Assembly (NCBI GenBank): GCA_025558095.1 | Contig: JAIVFI010000006.1 | Span: 62,001-126,000 of the forward strand | From: Hyaloraphidium curvatum SAG 235-1 | Taxonomy: Eukaryota; Fungi; Monoblepharomycota | Direction of reading: 5' to 3' | Length of the DNA stretch: 64,000 nt | Shown: positions 35,430-44,371 of the stretch, piece by piece | Numbering within the stretch: the stretch's first letter is position 1 | Layout of the letters: each line of letters begins with the position of its first letter | Notes under the pieces: generated by a model | Told to the model about the DNA's origin: nothing | The model's input: the letters and a program-made list of their open reading frames with translations, nothing else | Database searches by the model: none | Program-made: the position numbers and the translations under genes

Positions 35430-35505
35430 TGGATCGTCGTCTTCCTCGTAAAGAGATAAGCAAGAAAGATACAAACGGTTTGCCTTCCTGAGCCCCCAGC
35501 AGGTA

Positions 35506-36800
35506 TCACGCGTTGACGTACAGGTTCGACGACCCCGAAGCCGCCGCGTAGGCGTTCGAAGCCGCGACCGATGCCTTGATCGCCACCCTCCCCAGCGCCG
35601 CCCATCTGGACGCCGTGTACTGCACCGTCGCCACCCCCAGCCCGTTGGTCCACGCGTTGCCGGCGTTGACGCTGCCGACCTTGAACGACACCTTGATGTT
35701 GGGCGCGGGCTGGCCGTTGGACTTCTTGACGACAGCCTTGAGGGAGACCTTCTTGCCGCGGCGCACACTAGCCTGCGATACGGTGATGCGGAGCTGCGCC
35801 GGGGCCGGGCACCCGGTCGTGGTCGGGCACGTGGCCGCGTTCGAGAAGCGCCCAAACACGGTCCCCGGAGCCGCCTTCCTGCGCGTGCACGTGCTTTGGC
35901 CGTAGAACTTGCATGCCCCGGTGCCGGGGTTGAAATTGATGACGTAGCAGTAGGGGTCTTCCGTGCAAGCCTGCTCGCAGTCCGACGCAAAAGCTAGGGT
36001 CCACGTTGACAAGGGGGCGTCGCAGCACGTCCACCCGGCGCCGCAGTCGAGGTACTGATCGAGCCCCGTTGTGGAGGTGCAGGAGAATCCGTTCCCGACG
36101 TACCCGGCGTTGCATGCGCAGGTGTTGGCAAAGACGCCCTGGGTGTTTGAGCACGTCGCATGGGGGTTGCAGCCCCCGTTGTTGATCTCGCACGGCCGCT
36201 TGCAAACTCCGCCCGAGAGCGTGTAGCCCGCCGGGCAGGAGCAGAGGCCCGTGTCGGGCGCGCACGTCTGCATGGACCCGCAGGCCTGCTCGGCGAGACA
36301 GCACCCGCCCGCGGCGCAGTTGGGCCACGCGGCGGTGCGCCCCCGGACGCACCTATTGGTGAGGATGTCCCAGTTCTTCTGGATGAAGAACTGCTTCCCG
36401 TTCAGGTCGGTCCATTCGTCTTGCCACGCGCACTTGTCCGCGTTCTCGTCCCCGTCTGCGGTGGTCACCGTGTCGTTCCCGATCCAGGCGTTGATCAGCG
36501 GGTCCGTGGCCGTCTCGGCAATCTCGTGGGCCACAGTGCTCGAAACCCCAAAGTCGGACGAGCCGCATTCGTTGGAGCAGTGGGCAATGAGGGCATACTT
36601 GTACCTGACGCCGGCATCGGAGCTTCCCCAGGGGTAGTAGCTGTGGTAGCTGCAGCGGGGAACCTGTCAGCCCCGAGCCGACGGCGTTTTCGGCGGGCGT
36701 GCTACGAACCCGCAGAAATCGCTGCACTTGCCCGCCGTCAGGACGTCTTCCCCCACGATCAGGACGTAGATCCCGTCGTCGTCCCTCGGATTCGACGGAC
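35506..36800 (-). pseudogene. Phi-1/EXORDIUM-like domain + EGF + PAN + Ig-like protein, apparently 5'-truncated
   Basis: After intron 36650-36709: GIYVL..FCGYHS..AHEIAETATDP..AW..ENADKCAW..QKNW. Then CEINNGGCNPHATC..CACNAGYVGNG (EGF), CEQACTEDPYCY (PAN) and an Ig-like tail. No signal peptide or upstream exon found. Confidence 0.65.
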
Positions 36801-37109
36801 GCTGTGAGCTCTTGGATCTCGATACGAGGCTAGCTCGCCGCTGGAGCGTCTGTGCAGCAAATAGCAAACCTTTGGGCTTCCTCAGCATCTTTTGTGGCGG
36901 CTCCGAGGATTCTGGTGGTGCTCGGGAGGCACGGACCGGATGCCGACGGGCGGTACAGTGAACTCGAGGGCAGTGCTACTCTTAGACCCCCGTTGTCCTC
37001 GGGATGACGTCGTAATCGTGCATGGACACTACGAGCGTGCTCAATTGACGCTCCTCCGGCTTTTCAACCCCTCTGGTGGCGCACCGGACTCGCTACGGGA
37101 CGGTCTCTC

Positions 37110-37460
37110 ACCTCCTCTTCCCCTTCATCCGCAAGGGTGTCGCCGCCTACGAGGACCTCAACAAGTACGGGCTCGGAATCGTCCGCAACCGCCGCGCGGG
37201 GAAGACGCCCAAGCGGGACGACCTGCTCCAGCGGATGGTCGACGCGATGGACTCGGAGACCGGGGAGGCGCTCACGGACCAGGAGGTCGCCTCCAACTGC
37301 CTGTACGCCTCCTGTGGCCCCTTGTTCTCCTTGATCGATGTTGACGTTCTTCCCACAGCCTCCTGATCACCGCCGGTGACGAAACGACGGCGCACCAGCT
37401 CTCCTTCACCACCTACCTCCTCCTCACCCACCCCCTCGCCCTCGTCGCCCTCGTCTCCGA
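37110..37460 (+). pseudogene. Internal fragment duplicated from the P450 gene (34534-34889), including intron 2
   Basis: Near-identical LLFPFIRKG..YEDLNKY..DDLLQRMVDA..LITAGDETT segment; no start codon and no heme motif. Confidence 0.9.
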
Positions 37461-37621
37461 GGCGGGACTAACGACAGACACTTCTGGCAGCGGCTTCAGG
37501 GCGCCAAGCGAGCGTCCGATGGCGCTGGGCAGTGCGGCGACGTATTCCTTAGAAAGTGGCGGAGGTAGCAAGTGGCGCAGTTGCCTGAAACGGACGCACA
37601 CGTTCCTGCCGGTCCCTTGCG

Positions 37622-40024
37622 ATGCGGCGCCTGCTGACGGCGCTGCGGACGGCGGTGGCGCTCGCAGCGGCCGTCGCAGTGTCGCGGGCGCCCCGTGCGA
37701 CGGCATTGTCGGAACAGGGCTCCCGCAACCGGTTCGAAACCATCGACCCGGCGACAAACTTCACCGTCTGCCGCACGGAAAGCTCCGTCACCTTCGGCGC
37801 GCAGCGCTTCTCTTCAATCGCGCAGTGCGTCGGCCGCTGCGTCGGCGGCACTTACCACGAAATCGTCTCGCACCGCCGCCCGCGGAGCCGCGGCCTCCGC
37901 CCCCGCCAGCCGCCAGACTACTCGTGCGAGCGTGCCGGGTCCTGCGTTCGGAGCGCCTCGAATGCCTGCGCCTGGCTCGGCGTCGACTACAGCTCGCATG
38001 GGGAGGCCGCGCTGAGCTGCCGCGGCCCAGAGCCCGGCCGCTGTTCGTGGTACTCGGACCCCTTCTGCTCGGACCTGCTGCCCGGAAGCGCCTACCCGGC
38101 CGCCGGCGGCGGCATCTCCTGCGACGGCGGGGGGGGCGGCTGGAACGGCACCTGGTGCCAGGACGCGTACGACTACCTCGTCAAGCGCAGCAAGCCAACG
38201 GAATGTCCCGACGTGACCGTGGACGAGCAGCTCGAGCCGCCGTACTTTGGCAACTGGGCCTGCCTCAAGAGCTGTGCTCACGGCGGCCTGTTCCTCAAGG
38301 TCCGCCGCGCCGGCACATCGGCCACCTGCCTCGGCATGCGCTATGATCAGGACGCCGTGAACTGCTCCGTTTACACCGACGCCGGCTGCACAACTGTTGC
38401 CGCATGCTCCGTCCCTTCAGACACGTCTCCCTACTCGGACGCAGCGGGCGGCATCATCTGCGACCGTACAAATCCACTCTCGTACCCTGACTGGTGCCCT
38501 GCTGCCGAGGACGTCGTGGTCCGCGGCGCCGCGGAGCCCACCTCCTGTCCGCCACCGCCATCTGACCCGACGGTCCCAACGCCGCTGTTTGGAAAGCCGA
38601 CGTGCATCAAGAGCTGCACTCACGGCGGACTGTACCTGATGGTCCGCCGCGTAGGCGCGCTGGCCGGATGCGTCGGGCAGGTCTTTGATTCGACCCTCCG
38701 GCCGCCCAACTGCACGCTCTATGCCGACCAAAATTGCACCACAGTGTCACCAGAATCGATCATGCTTCCGGGAGCGTTTTCCTGCCCCAAGGTGATCGAT
38801 TGGTCACGCGGCGACCCGATTGGCGACTACCCCACCGACACGATACAGTGCAACCGGACGAACGGAGGACAATGGCCGGCATGGTGTGACGCTGCGGAAG
38901 CCGTCGCACTCCGCGGTGAAGCTCCGCCGACCACCTGCGCCACGCTCTCCATGGGCCTGCCGCCCGGCAGCATCCTCGACGAACCATTCTACTTTCTCCG
39001 CCAGGGATCAAGCTACGGAAGCTTTGCATGTGACAACGTGGGCTGCTACGCCGGGTTCGGCGACGATGTGTTGCCGTTTCAGCGCGTGTGTCCGCTTTCC
39101 AACAACGGGAGCTGCACCTGGAAGTCCTTCAACACGTATCTCCGCGCTACCAACACATCCAGCTGCTTGTACTACAACGGAGCCGGCCACGTCATGGCGC
39201 GAGCGTGCCCAACCGACGGCGACGACGCGGGGTTCATATTCCAGAACAAGCGGGGGCAGGACGCGTTCTCAAGCATCTGTACCGTCAACGAGACAGCGTG
39301 CCTTCAGTACCCGCGGGACTATCCCTCGCGCATGCGCATCGTCATGGTTGGCGTTATTGGGAACGGCTACAACAACTTTTGGGCGTCCCGCGATTGGCCG
39401 GCTCCGAACAAAGTCAAAGTCAACAGCACAACGCTCGCATCATCACCAATTGCGCTTTCCGCGATCAAAATTGCCTACGAGGACCGCACCCTGGAAGCGT
39501 TTGAACGGTACCCCGTGCTCTCGTCGCGGAGACCCGAGACGTCGTGGGCCATGCTCTGCCCGCCGGAGCAGCACCCCGTCTGCCGCTCCGTCTACGTCTA
39601 TTCCGACGGTTTGTGCCTTTCGGCGCCGGCGAATGCGAGCACGGACGCCGCCGCACGCCGGGAACCCGGGCTGGAACCCTGCCCGTGGCGCCGGCCCAAC
39701 GCGTACGCGCTCTGGACGAGGCCAGACAGCGGCGCCACCGCAACGCTGCGCAACGACGCCCTCGGACTGTGCCTGGTCCGGTCGGGTCTCGGGCGCGATG
39801 GGTTCGGCGTCAACGTGACGCACCTCGTCATGGGAGCGTGCGACGAAGCGGACGCCGCACTAAAGGTCGCCGTCGGCGGCAAGCTTGACGCCGATGTCTC
39901 TGCGGCGTATCCGGCACCGGCGTCGTCTGCGTCCACAAGCAATGCCGGCGGGTTGGCCGTTGCAGGGGCCGTCGTCGCCGGCGGGGTTGCTGCGGGCATT
40001 GCACTTCTGGTGATGATGGCGTAG
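37622..40024 (+). CDS. Cys-rich cell-surface protein: 3 internal repeats, ricin-B-like segment, C-terminal TM/GPI anchor
   Basis: Signal peptide; repeats C.KSC.HGGL.L.VRR.G..A.C..C..Y.D..C..C..WC; GLCL..LEPC..W and LRND.LGLCL..MGACD (ricin-B-like); hydrophobic C-terminus; many NxS/T sites. Confidence 0.8.
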   Translation: MRRLLTALRTAVALAAAVAVSRAPRATALSEQGSRNRFETIDPATNFTVCRTESSVTFGAQRFSSIAQCVGRCVGGTYHEIVSHRRPRSRGLRPRQPPDYSCERAGSCVRSASNACAWLGVDYSSHGEAALSCRGPEPGRCSWYSDPFCSDLLPGSAYPAAGGGISCDGGGGGWNGTWCQDAYDYLVKRSKPTECPDVTVDEQLEPPYFGNWACLKSCAHGGLFLKVRRAGTSATCLGMRYDQDAVNCSVYTDAGCTTVAACSVPSDTSPYSDAAGGIICDRTNPLSYPDWCPAAEDVVVRGAAEPTSCPPPPSDPTVPTPLFGKPTCIKSCTHGGLYLMVRRVGALAGCVGQVFDSTLRPPNCTLYADQNCTTVSPESIMLPGAFSCPKVIDWSRGDPIGDYPTDTIQCNRTNGGQWPAWCDAAEAVALRGEAPPTTCATLSMGLPPGSILDEPFYFLRQGSSYGSFACDNVGCYAGFGDDVLPFQRVCPLSNNGSCTWKSFNTYLRATNTSSCLYYNGAGHVMARACPTDGDDAGFIFQNKRGQDAFSSICTVNETACLQYPRDYPSRMRIVMVGVIGNGYNNFWASRDWPAPNKVKVNSTTLASSPIALSAIKIAYEDRTLEAFERYPVLSSRRPETSWAMLCPPEQHPVCRSVYVYSDGLCLSAPANASTDAAARREPGLEPCPWRRPNAYALWTRPDSGATATLRNDALGLCLVRSGLGRDGFGVNVTHLVMGACDEADAALKVAVGGKLDADVSAAYPAPASSASTSNAGGLAVAGAVVAGGVAAGIALLVMMA

Positions 40025-40033
40025 AACCTGTAG

Positions 40034-40163
40034 CCACCTGCAGAGCGTCTGTAATGACCAGTTGGCGTAGCACAGATCAGCCCTTGTCAGAGGTGATCCA
40101 CCTGCAGAGCGTCTGTAATGACCAGTTGGCGTAGCACAGATCAGCCCTTGTCAGAGGTGATCC
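40034..40163. repeat. Exact 64-bp tandem duplication
   Basis: CCACCTGCAGAGCG...CAGAGGTGAT starts at 40034 and again at 40098. Confidence 0.95.
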
Positions 40164-40244
40164 CGTCAAAGTTCATCTCCCACCCGATCGCGCCCCTGAC
40201 TCACCTGGTCCGTCCCCCGAACCTCGCTCGCGGCACGATCAGGT

Positions 40245-41213
40245 TCACGGCGTCCAGAAACGGGCCGAATCCGCCACGCCAAACATCCTGTACGACCTCG
40301 CGGCATCCGGACCGAACAAGAGCTCCTTGGCCTTGCAGGCCAGCCGAGCGTACCGCTTCGCCTCCTCGACCGTGCTCTTCCGCGCAGCAGCGATCTGGAA
40401 CCCGTCGTACAACGCCCTGCGCCTGCTGACCATGCCGAAACCGAGCTTGTCGATCGCCGAGAGCAGCCCTTCCACGGCCACCAGGGCCTCGTCCGAGCGG
40501 AACATCCGGCCGAGGCGGGCGATCTCCTCGTCGAGGTGGCGGCAGCGCTCGATCTCGGCGACGAGCTCGGGACGGCGGCAGGCGCAATCAGCGGGGCAGC
40601 GGATGCCCCACTTGACCTCGAGGATCATGCGGCTCGCTTCGATCCCGAGACCGACGGGCTCGGCGTTCAGCGCGCCCGTGTACGAGATCGTGATCTCCTC
40701 CCCGGCTGTGATGGGCTTGAGCGACATGAGAATCTTGACGCCGTGCTCCTCGGAGAACCAGTGGACGGCGTTGGGCCAGCAGGCGTGGTTCGCCCGAGAA
40801 AGCCGGACGCAGAGGTGTTCCTGTCCGTCGCTCCCGAGCTTGTTCAGGCCGAACTTCCGGTCCGGGGAGCCATCCCGCGGCATGAGTTCCTGCACCCCGG
40901 CGCGTCCCTCGATCTCGTCCCTTCGGAGCGCCCGCTCGACCAGGATCCGCTCATCCGCGGCGAACGCGCGCTTGGCCACGATGCCGAGCCCCTTGTCGTC
41001 CGAGATGTGCCGGATCTCCCAGTCCACGTCCTCGCCGCACGGCAGCTTGCACCAGTACTGATGGCCCTGGCCCTCGCCGCGGGGCGTCCAGTCGCGGCGC
41101 TGGCAGTCCGCGGAGCAGTACGCCCGCCGGTGGCAGCCGCCGCAGACCTTGACCGCGTCGCCGGAAATGGAGCGCAGGCAGAACGCGCAGTGCCGGGAGT
41201 TCTTTAGGTCCAT
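40245..41213 (-). CDS. MYND zinc finger + SET domain protein (intronless)
   Basis: CAFC..CGGC..YCSADCQRRDW..HQYWC (MYND); KGLGIVA..SRANHACWPNA..GEEITISY (SET); C.CAC post-SET. Confidence 0.9.
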   Translation of the reverse strand: MDLKNSRHCAFCLRSISGDAVKVCGGCHRRAYCSADCQRRDWTPRGEGQGHQYWCKLPCGEDVDWEIRHISDDKGLGIVAKRAFAADERILVERALRRDEIEGRAGVQELMPRDGSPDRKFGLNKLGSDGQEHLCVRLSRANHACWPNAVHWFSEEHGVKILMSLKPITAGEEITISYTGALNAEPVGLGIEASRMILEVKWGIRCPADCACRRPELVAEIERCRHLDEEIARLGRMFRSDEALVAVEGLLSAIDKLGFGMVSRRRALYDGFQIAAARKSTVEEAKRYARLACKAKELLFGPDAARSYRMFGVADSARFWTP

Positions 41214-44200
41214 GTCGCTTTGCCGGTCGAGAATGTGTGTAGGGGACCGCCAGCTCATCACTCGCTCACCTTCGAATGCCGGCCACCGAGGGCCGACGCG
41301 GCGCTGCGGGCTCCTCGACGTCGTTGCTATTCGGGTGACGATGAAGGAGTTCTGTGTTTCGCGCCGCGGCGGCCATCCGCGAGCCGGAGCGACGCCCCGC
41401 CCCGCCGTCCGGGCACTCCTCTTCCGGACTCCCACCGGGCCGGAGGAGGCGCAACGGCAGGCGCAGGCCATCGCCGTCGATGACGGTGATTCGCTCGTCG
41501 AGCGTCGCGCCGCTGCCGTTCCATCTCGGCAGCCCGCGCCAAGCGAACAGTCACCCAAACTCCGACGGGGACATCGCGAGGCTCGGGACGGCTCCGACGG
41601 GAATGACGCACGATGTGTATCATTCGTTGCGAGAAGTGTCCCGCGCCACGTACGCCCGGCGCCGCGTGCGAGTGGAAGGCGAAAGCCACCTCGGGCTTCC
41701 TCGGCGAACCCGGCCTCACGCATAATCTGAAGGACTGGGTGTTCGCCGACCCGGCGCGGTAGTATGGATCCCCGCCGCAACCATCGCGGCTGCGGCTACA
41801 AGAGGCGACTACACCGCGCCGGGGCGCCGTGCCCAACGGGCGACGGAGCACACGACTGAGGCGCGGTGTTCGGAGAGGGAGACGTCGCAATACTGGCGCT
41901 GTTTCCTTGGTCTTCGGCGCTGCGCCACGGAACAGACCAGGGTTCGGACAGAAGTCCGACGCCTCGCTGAAGGGCGGATCGATTCGGCCTTTCCGGCGAC
42001 GGCGCAGGCCGACGCGGGACGATGGACGGATCGCAGCCGTTGCTTCACGGCTGCGAGGACGGCCAGACTGTTCTCTCGCGTCGGACAGGGCGAGCGCTCA
42101 AGAACGGCAGCGGGCGGGGATGCGAGACGTATGCGGTTGGGTTGGACGTGCCTCGGCGCTTCCACATAGACCGCATTTCCCTGAATTCCGTTTTGCGACA
42201 TCCAGGTCACGCATAGCGAAGACTCGGCGTCTCGCGTGTGGGGCGGATTGGCACCCTGGCGTACGGCGCGGACCGGGACAGAGCGCCGCCGGGCCGCGTT
42301 CTGTGGCCAGGCGATGATCAAGGTCCGCGCCGCTCCATTAGCCCGAATTATCCCTTGCATTTTCGGCTGCAGAGCTAGATGGGACCGCACTGATCCCCGT
42401 GGATGCGGCAGCCAGTTGGCTTCGATCCCACTTCGCGGCGGGATCGATGGCTGAGAAACGAGACTGCCGCATCCCTGGGACCCGGCATTGCATGCTCGCA
42501 CTGGATGCGGGGCTACAGCTGCTGACGTCCGATCCCGCCCTTCCGGGATCAGATTTGATTGGTTGTGGTTCCCGCGTCCTTGATCGCGCGTGGTCACCGG
42601 CCTCGATCACCTTCGGATGCGGAATGCGCCGCGGCCCGGCCCCAGTTGCTGGCGGGGTCGCCTTGCTGCTATGGGCTGTTCTGCATCCACCGAAATCATG
42701 CGCCGCGCCTCCTTCTCGGGATGCGGGGTCTCGGGCCTGCCGTCCGGCTTCCGATCGGGACTAGCTGCCACGGTTTTTGACCGGACGGACGATCTCGCGC
42801 GGATGCGGCGGCCCCGCACTTGGCCGGTCCCGCCCCAGAGCAGGACCGCCAAGAGGCGCTAGCTCCCGCATCCCCTGCTCCCCATGCGGAACACGGACCG
42901 GCGACGCGGCTCCCACCTCCTTCCCCGCCTCGGCCTTCCCCCGCGGCGGTACTGTAGGACGGAGCGCCGCATCGCTCGCCGGTACCCGCCCGCAATCCCG
43001 CCGCCGCAACAACCCGCTGCCGCAGCGGCATCCCGATCTTCCGCCGGCCGGCCGCCTTGGCCCGGTACGGGAACGGACGCCCGGATGTGTTTTTCGGAGG
43101 CACCGCGGTGGAGGTGGGGGAGCGGGGCGGGGTGGACGGTGGGGGACGGACCCTTGTGCCGTCGTCGGCTTCCTTGGACGGGGACCGGATGCGGGGACCG
43201 GCTGGGCGCCGGCCCGGCCATTCAGGCCGGGACCCATCCTCTCCAAATGCTCCGCATCCTCGCCCGTGACCGACCTTCCGCCGCCCCGGGGCGATTGGCC
43301 CCCGCTGAGCCGGCCGCTTGCGGTTCGGTTGCGGCAGTAGGGTGGCACCGCCACTCACGTGCACCGTTCGGTCCCCCGCTTTTCGGGCGGCCGCGGGGTC
43401 GTCGCCCCCACCCACGCCTTCTATCGGGCTTTTGCGGCGGCCCGGTGCATCGGACGTGCGCGAGGAAGGAGGGGAACGGGGGTGAGGGGGGGACGGGCGG
43501 GGCCCTGAACGGCCGGCGGGGCGATTATGCGGTGGCCGATTCCCGACCGGCCGTGCGTTTCCCCGGGTCGGAAAGGGAATGGGTGCCATCAACGGCCGTC
43601 GCGGGGCCGACTGGGACTTGCTCGAGGGCGGGAGGAGGCGGCGAGGGTCGAATGACGTGTGACTTCTGGCGGTGTTGCATAAGGGTCGGTGGGTCATGGC
43701 CGGAATGCGGACAGCGGTCGTTGTAGAGCGACGGGAACGCTGATCGGTGCACGGGCATGGGCGTCCGAGGGGCCACGAATGCGATCCTTGCGTGTCCGTG
43801 TGGCGGCCGCCTGCGGCATTCGGGTTCTTCCGTTGTCGGTCGGCCCAGCGTGCGGCAGGCAGTTCGCACCGCCCGCACAACTCAGCCTCCGCGAGCCATT
43901 CTCCGTTTTTGCTTCTGCCCCACGCGCCCGCCGGTCCCCTCCGCCGCCCGGACGCGCCGAAATCGAGCGCCGCATTCGTGCGCACGTTGCCCGCGGGCCG
44001 CCACGCCGCGCCCGCCGCTTGGGAGCGCGCCGCCCGCCGGCCGCCAAGCCCGTGACGCGGACCTCTGCGCGCCCCCGCGCCCCCAAAAGGCGCTTAACGC
44101 CGGCTTAAATCGCCGGAAGTTGCCCTTCAAGCACTCAGGAGGCGTTCAGGCGGCTCGTCGCGCGCCCGATGCCGTGTCTGCGGCCGGGGCTGCTCGAGTG

Positions 44201-44371
44201 ACGCCGCGTGACTCCGCCGACCAGACACTCCAAATAAGAGGTGGGCCTCCATTATCGCCATTAAATGGACGTATCTGACTGGTACTGGTCGCGCCCACCG
44301 CCGCTCCCGCTCCCGCCCGCCGCCGCGCCGCCGGCCGTGCGCACAGCCCGCCGTCAGCAGCAGTCAGCAGG

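Noticed and set aside
40034-40163. Possible CRISPR-like repeat
   Set aside because: Only two abutting copies, no spacers and no cas genes; eukaryotic context.
41300-44260. Several long ORFs (e.g. 42696-43985, 429 aa)
   Set aside because: Arg/Pro/Gly-rich with no recognisable motif or splice model; expected by chance at this GC content.
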